Assembly: GCA_018304385.1 (NCBI GenBank)
Contig: JAGVWJ010000007.1
Span: 1 to 38,317, forward strand
Direction of reading: 5' to 3'
Length of the DNA: 38,317 bases
Source: Candidatus Micrarchaeota archaeon
GTDB lineage: Archaea > Micrarchaeota > Micrarchaeia > Anstonellales > Bilamarchaeaceae
Shown here in pieces: positions 10,083-17,241 of the stretch (positions are counted from its first letter, which is position 1; the number at the start of each line of letters is the position of its first letter). The notes below the pieces were generated by a model, which saw nothing but the letters and a program-made list of their open reading frames with translations, searched no databases and had not been told where the DNA came from. The translations under genes and the position numbers were made by a program.

Positions 10083-10319
10083 ATGTTGAGATCTCACAAA
10101 TTCGGTGCAAAGATTCGAAAACTAGTAGTTGCTGCTTTAAAGGCAAAGAAGGCATTATACGAATGTCCAGCCTGCGGTAAAACAAAGGTAACAAGAAAGT
10201 CATTTGCTGTTTGGAATTGTAAGAGCTGCGAAGCGCAGTTCGCTGGTGGTGCTTATATATTTAAAAGTGAGGCTGGCGAGATATCAAGCAGGCTTATTGG
10301 AGATTATCAGAAATTGTAA
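10083..10319 (+). CDS. rpl37ae: 50S ribosomal protein L37Ae (eL43)
   Basis: YECPACGK...VWNCKSC..FAGGAY Zn ribbon; canonical position after rrp42; SD GAGGTG. Confidence 0.95.
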   Translation: MLRSHKFGAKIRKLVVAALKAKKALYECPACGKTKVTRKSFAVWNCKSCEAQFAGGAYIFKSEAGEISSRLIGDYQKL

Positions 10320-10380
10320 ATTGGTTATGAGTTATTAGTTTTGAGTTATGAGTTTTATATCACATAAGGCTTCATGGAAT

Positions 10381-10473
10381 TGCCGACGCAGCGCAAGAAA
10401 AATATTAGACTGCGTCACTATAGAGAACGTAAGTAGAACGACGTATTCATGAGAATGAGAGAATAGGAGGATG
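10381..10473 (+). repeat. Dispersed 93-nt hairpin element, copy 1
   Basis: Matches 34652-34743 (64 of 76 positions identical outside the loop); invariant stem GACGCAG/CTGCGTC at 10385-10391 and 10410-10416. Confidence 0.9.
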
Positions 10474-10480
10474 ACATAGC

Positions 10481-10618
10481 ATGGGAGAATATAAGGATTT
10501 GAAAACAGGCGAGCTTATTACAGTAGCCGATGAAAAAAATTTTGAATTTCCAAATACTGGTGCGAAAATGCTTTTAAAGTCAAGACCGCCGATATCCAAA
10601 GAATGCGGTACAGATTAA
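10481..10618 (+). CDS. rpoP: DNA-directed RNA polymerase subunit P (Rpo12), 45 aa, Zn ligands lost; not in ORF track
   Basis: MGEYKDLKTGELITVADEKNFEFPNTGAKMLLKSRPPISKECGTD: Y-K-x4-G start, xPxxG turn and LLKxRPP C-terminus of RpoP; canonical position between rpl37ae and Brix; SD GGAGG at 10466-10470. Confidence 0.88.
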   Translation: MGEYKDLKTGELITVADEKNFEFPNTGAKMLLKSRPPISKECGTD

Positions 10619-10693
10619 CAAGGTGGCCATTGGTATGTGGCCAGTAGCTAGTGGCCAAAGGGGCTAATAGCCAAAAGCTAATGGCAGATAAAT

Positions 10694-10960
10694 ATGTTCA
10701 CCACATCTAGGTACGCATCAAAGAAAACAAGAGAACTTGCGAAATGGTTTTCTAGCGCATTTGATCAGAACTATTATGCAAGAGGTAAAAAAACAGTATC
10801 TAAATTTGTTGAGTTATCAAGAAAGATTGGTGATGAAAGGGTTTTCATAGTAAAAGAAAAAGACGGCAATCCTATTTTATTAGATGTTATAGAGGTTTAT
10901 GAAGATTTGAAATGGAAATGGACTGGTTCTATTGGGATAGGTTATGAAAACGAGCGCTGA
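10694..10960 (+). CDS. Short Brix/Imp4-domain protein
   Basis: TTSR.AS.KTR.LAK, RGKKT and E..GNP motifs; canonical position after rpoP. Confidence 0.82.
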   Translation: MFTTSRYASKKTRELAKWFSSAFDQNYYARGKKTVSKFVELSRKIGDERVFIVKEKDGNPILLDVIEVYEDLKWKWTGSIGIGYENER

Positions 10961-11183
10961 AATAAGAGTTCTATTAAAAAATAAGGAACAAGTAGAAGCT
11001 GTTTTGCGCGCTCTAGCGCATGAAGAAGATTTTAAAAAAAGATCTATATCAAATATTATTAAAAATGGAAATGAAATAGTTATTAAGGTTGAATCAGAAG
11101 ACGTAGTCTCTTTGCGCGCTTCTTTAAATGCATATCTTCGCGATATTCAAGTGATAGAAGGAATTGAAAAGGAATTAGATTAA
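10944..11183 (+). CDS. pcc1: KEOPS complex subunit Pcc1
   Basis: 79 aa with RS and I..EDVVSLRASLNAYLR motifs; synteny. Confidence 0.88.
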   Translation: MKTSAEIRVLLKNKEQVEAVLRALAHEEDFKKRSISNIIKNGNEIVIKVESEDVVSLRASLNAYLRDIQVIEGIEKELD

Positions 11184-11195
11184 TGGGTGAAAATT

Positions 11196-11555
11196 ATGGC
11201 TATGCAAAAACCAGATCCAGAATTGGAGAAAAGTTTAGTTGAATATGAAAATCTAGAGCGTCAATTACAAGTGCTTGTTTTGCAAAAACATCAGCTGCAA
11301 TTGCAATTAAACGAAATAAATCTTGCACAAGAAGAAATAAAAAAAGCAAGAGGAGACGTTTACAAATCCATTGGGTCAGTAATGGTTAAGAGTTCGCCAG
11401 AGGATGCAGAAAAAGATTTGAAAGATAGAAAGGATTTATCTGATATGCGTTTAGGCACTATTGTTAAACAAGAGGAAAAGCTTCGCTCAAATCTGGTTAT
11501 TTTACAGAAAAAACTTCAGGAAAAGATGAAAGGCTATGGTTTTGGCGAAGGCTAA
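11196..11555 (+). CDS. pfdB: Prefoldin subunit beta
   Basis: Coiled coil - VYKSIGSVMVK - coiled coil; ATG 11196 follows SD GGTGA. Confidence 0.93.
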   Translation: MAMQKPDPELEKSLVEYENLERQLQVLVLQKHQLQLQLNEINLAQEEIKKARGDVYKSIGSVMVKSSPEDAEKDLKDRKDLSDMRLGTIVKQEEKLRSNLVILQKKLQEKMKGYGFGEG

Positions 11556-12483
11556 ATTTTTAGATTTTTTAAAAGATAATAAAAACAAGCGCTTTGCTAT
11601 TGCACCGCATGCGCGCGCTGATATTGATGCAATATCTTGTGCCTTTGCATTACATTCTGTTTTTCCTAATTCTGTTATTGCAATACCAGATGAGCTTAAT
11701 GAAAGCGCTACTGCGCTCGCGAACGAGCTGAAAATAAAATATCAAATAATAAAAAATCTAGATAAAAAGAAATTTGACGGCATGATAGTTGTTGATACGA
11801 GTGCGTATACATTACTAAAAGAGGCAAAAGATTGGAATATTAAACTAATTGTAGATCATCATCGTGCTGAAGGCAGGGATATGCAATCTGAGGATGCAGT
11901 AATTGAAGAACAGTCACCTTCATGCGCAGAGCTTGTTGCGAATATTTTGCCAGAAATAAAAAATAAAGAAATTGCAATCGCGCTAGCGTGCGCAATAATC
12001 AGTGATACCGCGCGTTTTAAAAGCGGAAGAAAAGAAACGTTTGAAACACTTGCTAGATTGCTAAGTATTGCTAATGCAACATACCAGGATGTTTTAAAAT
12101 TCGGTGAGCCAGAGCTTGCTAGCGATGTAAAGATCGCAGTGCTTAAGGCCTTTCAGCGTGCTAATTATCAGATAATTGGAAGTTATATTGTTGCAACCAG
12201 CGAGGTAAGTGGCAATGAGGGAGATGCATCTGCTGCACTTAGCGAAGTAGCGGATGTTGCATTTGTAGCAAATTTTAAGGAAGAAGAAAACCAATGTCGC
12301 ATTTCAGCACGCGCAAGAAAGCATGTCAACGTTGCATTGCACGAAGTTATGAAAGCAGTTGCAATGCAGCTAGGTGGTAATGGCGGTGGCCATCCAAAGG
12401 CAGCAGGTGTAGCTGTTCCTAAAGGCAGGCCAAAAGATGTGCTAAAAGCATGCGTTGATGTGTTCGCATTAAAAGTCAAATAA
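11536..12483 (+). CDS. DHH/DHHA1 family phosphoesterase
   Basis: H..ADIDA, VVDT, VDHH, SDTARF and GGGHPKAAG motifs. Confidence 0.93.
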   Translation: MVLAKAKFLDFLKDNKNKRFAIAPHARADIDAISCAFALHSVFPNSVIAIPDELNESATALANELKIKYQIIKNLDKKKFDGMIVVDTSAYTLLKEAKDWNIKLIVDHHRAEGRDMQSEDAVIEEQSPSCAELVANILPEIKNKEIAIALACAIISDTARFKSGRKETFETLARLLSIANATYQDVLKFGEPELASDVKIAVLKAFQRANYQIIGSYIVATSEVSGNEGDASAALSEVADVAFVANFKEEENQCRISARARKHVNVALHEVMKAVAMQLGGNGGGHPKAAGVAVPKGRPKDVLKACVDVFALKVK

Positions 12484-12567
12484 TTTTAGTAATACTTTTA
12501 AATGTTAACTTTCTTATTTTCTCAATCCGATGTATTAGAAATTAAAAAGGGAGGTTGCGCTAGGATC

Positions 12568-12628
12568 TTCAAATTCGAAGAATTTGAACGAGCTAGAGAG
12601 CGATTCGCTCTCTGGAACCGTAGGTTCC
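12568..12628 (+). other. Three adjacent perfect hairpins with 3-nt loops
   Basis: TTCAAATTC-GAA-GAATTTGAA (12568-12588), AGAGAGCG-ATT-CGCTCTCT (12595-12613), GGAACC-GTA-GGTTCC (12614-12628). Confidence 0.8.
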
Positions 12629-12652
12629 TGGCATTGAAAAGGTGATTTTGAT

Positions 12653-13348
12653 ATGGGTAATAAATTTATTGTATTAGCGATTTTATTTAGCGTTCTTCTA
12701 ATTGCAGGATGTTTCCATGATAAAGTGCCAGGTGGGCAATCTAGCGCAACCACCCCCACGCCAGCGCCAACACCGCCTCCAGCGCAACCGCCTGCACAGC
12801 CACCAGTTCAGCCACCAGTTCAACCACCAGCTGATATTGATTTTGGTATATCTGAAGCTGAATTTCCAGGCTATACTGAAGTTGCATTGCCAGGAACAGG
12901 TAAATCTACATTGCAGGATTTCACAGAAGAATCCCAAAAGGTGTTGAAAGATTATGGCTTTGAATCGGTTTATGTTGTTGTTTTACAGAGTCCTGTATTA
13001 TTAGAAGGCGAAAATCCTGATGAAAATTTTAGAGAATTGCAAAGTTCTGTTTCAACCTTTGCTACTGTTGATGGTGCTAAGCAGGCATTTGATAAAGAAA
13101 TCGAACTTTTGAAAGCGAATAATGTCGATTTTGAAGAAGATGTTAAGCTTGGAGAAAAAAGCCTCTACTATGTAAAGGTATTCGCCAATCAAAATGGAGT
13201 CAAGCTGGAGCAGCATGTTATCATGTTTCTAAAAGGCAAAAGATATGCGTCGGTTAGTGTAACTGCGACTGAAAGAGAAGATGGAAGCGAACTCAGCAAG
13301 CTTTTGGCGCAAACAGCACTTAACCTAGCAAAGAAAATGCCTTCATAA
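12653..13348 (+). CDS. Putative lipoprotein with Pro/Gln-rich linker
   Basis: Signal peptide ending LIAGC, linker VPGGQSSATTPTPAPTPPPAQPP, then an alpha/beta domain. Confidence 0.85.
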   Translation: MGNKFIVLAILFSVLLIAGCFHDKVPGGQSSATTPTPAPTPPPAQPPAQPPVQPPVQPPADIDFGISEAEFPGYTEVALPGTGKSTLQDFTEESQKVLKDYGFESVYVVVLQSPVLLEGENPDENFRELQSSVSTFATVDGAKQAFDKEIELLKANNVDFEEDVKLGEKSLYYVKVFANQNGVKLEQHVIMFLKGKRYASVSVTATEREDGSELSKLLAQTALNLAKKMPS

Positions 13349-13360
13349 GTGTCGGTTACT

Positions 13361-14239
13361 ATGAAACATTTTTATCTTTTTTTAGTTTTTCTAACTTTTA
13401 TTCTACTTTTTGGTTGTAATTCTCCCAGTAATGACACTCCAGAAAAAAAACTAGAAGGTCCGGACGGCAAGTTCGTTGGTACGTGGCTAGTTGGAAAAGC
13501 AGAATATAAAGCAGATGCTGGTGGCTTATGGTATCCTGATAATCCTATGGACAAGATAGCGCTCAAACCTGATAAAACATGGGAAGATGATAAAGGCAAT
13601 AAAGGAACTTGGGGTGTTGGAACAATAGAAGAATCAGATTGGGAAGCATGGGGGGTTTCTTGGGACACATCAGCTGGCAAACCAGAAAAGAAGATGGTAC
13701 TAACTGGTATGAAAACTGTTAGCGGTTGGATAGAAGAAGGAAAAACAGATTTTTTCTGGCTATTTTTCAGGCTTGAAGGTGATGGAGAAACGCCTGCAGG
13801 TTGGATACAGCTAAGATTTGAGAAAATAAGCGATATACCTAAAATAGAAAAATCCACACCACCAGCACCTAATCCATCGAAAGACTCAGAGGTTGCAAAG
13901 ACAAAAGTTGTTTCGGATCTAGAAAGCAAATTAGTTGGTGAATACAGCTTTGGCACAAGCAGGAAATTAGTTTTGAAATACGGCGGCAAATGGGAGCTAA
14001 TACCTGAAGTCGGCGGATCTTCTGGAACATGGGAACTCAAAGATGTTACAAGAAAGGATATAGATAAATGGGTAGAAGATGGGGATATTACAGATGCCTC
14101 AGAAATCTTAAGCAGAAAATTAATACTTCATGGTAGAAGATGCAGTTATGATAATCCGCCTGAAACAGAGGAAATTCAATTGTATGTCGTGGACGGGGAG
14201 GGCGCATTCTTTAGCTGTGGGATTGCTTGGATTAAATAG
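13361..14239 (+). CDS. Putative lipoprotein with two Trp-rich lipocalin-like domains
   Basis: Lipobox LLFGC; two related units (FVGTW...GTWGVGTI..DW and LVGEY...GTWELKDV..DIDKW) separated by a Pro linker. Confidence 0.8.
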   Translation: MKHFYLFLVFLTFILLFGCNSPSNDTPEKKLEGPDGKFVGTWLVGKAEYKADAGGLWYPDNPMDKIALKPDKTWEDDKGNKGTWGVGTIEESDWEAWGVSWDTSAGKPEKKMVLTGMKTVSGWIEEGKTDFFWLFFRLEGDGETPAGWIQLRFEKISDIPKIEKSTPPAPNPSKDSEVAKTKVVSDLESKLVGEYSFGTSRKLVLKYGGKWELIPEVGGSSGTWELKDVTRKDIDKWVEDGDITDASEILSRKLILHGRRCSYDNPPETEEIQLYVVDGEGAFFSCGIAWIK

Positions 14240-14270
14240 TAAAATTAGACTTTTGTATAGGTAAGATTGC

Positions 14271-14753
14271 ATGAAATCTTTTCTTCTCTTTTTTTTGTTT
14301 TTTTCCATCTTTTTTTCAGATGCTGGTCCTTCACTACCAGCCCCGGAAATAGAGGTTAAATTTATAAAAGAAGCCCAGGACTATGTCGGGGATATCGAAC
14401 TTGCATATCATTGTACTGCTGAGCTTGGCCAGGATCGCAATCGCATATCGGTTCAACGAGACGTCAACATGTCCTGTTCAGCAGGTATTTGTAAAAATGA
14501 TAACTGGTTCTATAAATTTAATCCATGTTATTCCAAAGAATCTGGTAATTTTCTTTATAAAGTTGGAAACTCAAATTTCAAAATGGCAAATGGTGATTTT
14601 GTTTTTGAAGAAGGTCGTATCTATAAAATATCTATAGATATAGATAGAAACAAGGCAGAGCTTATTTCCTCATCTTATTGCTGCTTCCCCTTATTTTTGT
14701 TCTTGTTTATTAGTATCCTGACATTTAAGGCAGGGAAACAAAAATGCAATTAG
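14271..14753 (+). CDS. Secreted protein with C-terminal Cys-Cys plus TM anchor
   Basis: N-terminal hydrophobic signal followed by SDAGP; C-terminal YCCFPLFLFLFISILTFK. Confidence 0.75.
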   Translation: MKSFLLFFLFFSIFFSDAGPSLPAPEIEVKFIKEAQDYVGDIELAYHCTAELGQDRNRISVQRDVNMSCSAGICKNDNWFYKFNPCYSKESGNFLYKVGNSNFKMANGDFVFEEGRIYKISIDIDRNKAELISSSYCCFPLFLFLFISILTFKAGKQKCN

Positions 14754-15082
14754 ATTTTTTTCAGGCTTATCTAGTTACTATCTCTGTTGAGTCAATTTTG
14801 CTATATATGTTTTTGGGAAGACGATATGTCGTTCATTTACTAGTTGGGAATTCTATATTAGTAAACACAATTACATTACCATTTGTATGGTTCTTCTTTC
14901 CACTAATTAAATTAGATTATACAACCCGGATAATTGTTGCTGAGTTCTTTGCATTTATTGCGGAAACAATACTTTATCTTAAGCTTTTTAAGAAATTAAG
15001 ATTTTTTGATGCTGTATATATAAGTTTTTTCTGTAATTTATGCTCATTTATCTTAGGTTTTATTCTGCAGTTGACAACTTAA
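14744..15082 (+). CDS. Small 4-TM membrane protein
   Basis: Four hydrophobic helices containing embedded polar residues (VE, N.IT.P, E.F...E, N..SF..G); overlaps the upstream stop. Confidence 0.8.
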   Translation: MQLDFFQAYLVTISVESILLYMFLGRRYVVHLLVGNSILVNTITLPFVWFFFPLIKLDYTTRIIVAEFFAFIAETILYLKLFKKLRFFDAVYISFFCNLCSFILGFILQLTT

Positions 15083-15114
15083 CCATTTTTAAATATTGTA
15101 GTAAAGATAATTGC

Positions 15115-16245
15115 ATGAAATATGTTTTAGTTATTATAATGTCTATAATTTTATTATTTGGCTGTGCAATGCCAGGGGCTCCGCCCCTAGCGCAACCCCC
15201 GAGCGTGCCAGGCGGGCAATCTAGCGCAACCCCCACACCAGAACCGGTTCCACAGCCAACACCTGCTCCAGTTCCGCAGTCTGTGCCAGAACCAGCTCCA
15301 CAACCTCCGCCACCTAAAGAAGAAGTAAAGTATAATACTTATAATGCAGAAGGCTTTAGCATTCTTTATCCAGATGGCTGGGGCATTGAAGATGAATGGA
15401 TAATGTTTATCTCTCCAAAAGAGAGTGAAAATGACTTATTTTTGGAATTGTTTACAGTAAAAACTTGGGAGAGTAGTGAAACATTGGAAGATTTAGAGAC
15501 AGATGAAAAAAGCTTTATAGGTGAGTCAGCCAAATTCACAAAGAGTGAGCGCATTAAATTTAAGGGATATGATGCTATTCGACTTGAGGGCGACTTTTTG
15601 CCAGGATCAGAAAATAGTATTGTAGGTGGTTCAGGTAATGAGCACTTTACAACAATATTTTTTAGGATAGACAAGGTTGTTTATAGATTTAGATATACTA
15701 TTGAAAAAGGAAAAGAGAAACGATATCTGCCTTTTGTAAACCATGCTATAGATACATTAAAAGTAGGTCCAGATGCTTCAAAAGCACCAAAGCAACCAAG
15801 CAGTGGATATATTTATTTTGCAGGTTCCAGATTTTCAATAGAATATCCAAGTGCATGGACTAAAAGGAAGGATCCAAGTTTAAGGTTTGTTGCTGATAAA
15901 GAGAATGAAAATGATCCTGTTCTTGAAGATGTTATAATAGAATATTGGGAAAGCAATGCAACATTAGATGATATGGAAAAAGAGGAGAAATCTGTTTTGT
16001 ATGAAAATGAGACATTTGAGAAAGTGGAACGCATTGAATTTAAGGGTTACCCAGCTGTGTTATTTAGGTACGAAGGATCTCTATATCCAGAAAGCGGGGA
16101 GAAACAACATTATACTGTTACCCGATTTAAAAAAGATAATCTACAATATAGAATAGGCTATGTTTGGGAAACTGTACCAGGTAATACGAAAGAAAAATTC
16201 GAGCCAATATTCAAGAAGATGATCGAGAGTTTTAAGTTTAATTAG
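15115..16245 (+). CDS. Putative lipoprotein with two PsbP/DcrB-like domains
   Basis: Lipobox LLFGC, Pro-rich linker, two repeats beginning FSILYPDGW and FSIEYPSAW and containing I.FKGY.A. ATG at 15115. Confidence 0.82.
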   Translation: MKYVLVIIMSIILLFGCAMPGAPPLAQPPSVPGGQSSATPTPEPVPQPTPAPVPQSVPEPAPQPPPPKEEVKYNTYNAEGFSILYPDGWGIEDEWIMFISPKESENDLFLELFTVKTWESSETLEDLETDEKSFIGESAKFTKSERIKFKGYDAIRLEGDFLPGSENSIVGGSGNEHFTTIFFRIDKVVYRFRYTIEKGKEKRYLPFVNHAIDTLKVGPDASKAPKQPSSGYIYFAGSRFSIEYPSAWTKRKDPSLRFVADKENENDPVLEDVIIEYWESNATLDDMEKEEKSVLYENETFEKVERIEFKGYPAVLFRYEGSLYPESGEKQHYTVTRFKKDNLQYRIGYVWETVPGNTKEKFEPIFKKMIESFKFN

Positions 16246-16253
16246 TGAATTTT

Positions 16254-17240
16254 ATGAAATTCAATATAGTACTATTGATAATACTTGCTACTTTTCTATT
16301 TTTAAGTGGCTGTAATCTACTTAAGCAAGAGCAGAAAACAGATCAAATTGATAAAAGTGCTCAAACCACTCCACCTTCAGCTGTTAAAAGTTATTCGCAT
16401 TTTGAAAATCCATTTTATAATATCGAATATCCGCAAGGTTGGGAAGAAAGAGATTCAGGAGATGCAGTAATGTTTCTTTCTCCTCTTGCAGATGAGTTTG
16501 ATAATTACAGGGAGAATATAATCATACAATCTGCTTCTGCAGGAGACTCTACACTTGAAGAGGCTTTTGAAAGTTACATAAATGGGATAAGAGGGTCTGC
16601 TGAGGAATTTACTATAATAAATTATTCCTCTGCTACGTTAGTTGGTCTTCCTGCCTATAATCTGGAATATAAAGTTAAAATTAAAGATCAAAATCTAAGA
16701 TCATTAGCTGTTTTTACAATTAAAGATAAATATGCGTATATAGTAACCTATTTTGCTTTAGAGCGAGATTATGATAAATATCTAGATGATGCAAAGCATG
16801 CGATTAGTTCATTTAAGATTGTAGAGTACGCTCCAACTCCAGTACCTGAAATTAATGCAGCGGGCGAGTTGGTTAGTGGGGAATGGCGAGTTTATTCTTC
16901 TTCCGTATATTATGATACTGGAGTTTCTGATTTTCTGGAAACACCAAGTGATTTATTAGAAGTAAAAGCAGATTATACATGGACATTTGGCAGTAAAAGC
17001 GGAACGTGGAGTATTAGTGACATAACAGATGATGATTGGAAAAAATGGGGCATTAGTCCATATAGCCCAACGAAGAAGATTATTCTCTATAACTGGAATA
17101 ATGACAGTGTTGATGGGCCAATTGAAGAGTCTGCTAGCACTGTTAGAGCAGGTAATATTTGGATTATGTATCGTAGCGGTCCACCAGAAATTAGCCAACC
17201 AGCTCAAATTCAGATGAAATTCGTATGGAGCGTAGAATAG
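16254..17240 (+). CDS. Putative lipoprotein: PsbP-like domain plus lipocalin-like domain
   Basis: Lipobox FLSGC; YNIEYPQGW...LVGLPAY domain, then LVSGEW...GTWSISDITDDDWKKWG domain related to the 13361 protein. Confidence 0.82.
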   Translation: MKFNIVLLIILATFLFLSGCNLLKQEQKTDQIDKSAQTTPPSAVKSYSHFENPFYNIEYPQGWEERDSGDAVMFLSPLADEFDNYRENIIIQSASAGDSTLEEAFESYINGIRGSAEEFTIINYSSATLVGLPAYNLEYKVKIKDQNLRSLAVFTIKDKYAYIVTYFALERDYDKYLDDAKHAISSFKIVEYAPTPVPEINAAGELVSGEWRVYSSSVYYDTGVSDFLETPSDLLEVKADYTWTFGSKSGTWSISDITDDDWKKWGISPYSPTKKIILYNWNNDSVDGPIEESASTVRAGNIWIMYRSGPPEISQPAQIQMKFVWSVE

Positions 17241-17241
17241 T

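Noticed and set aside
12765-12830. Pro-rich CCAGTTCAGCCA-type repeats (also 15235-15315, 17805-17865, 20025-20052) as contingency loci
   Set aside because: In-frame, degenerate repeats encoding ordinary Pro linkers; no sign of frameshifting.
13372-14040. 222-aa antisense ORF, and other long antisense ORFs (19776-20540, 29003-29422, 35847-36227, 37874-38311)
   Set aside because: They are shadows of well-formed sense genes, Ser/Pro-biased and without recognisable motifs.
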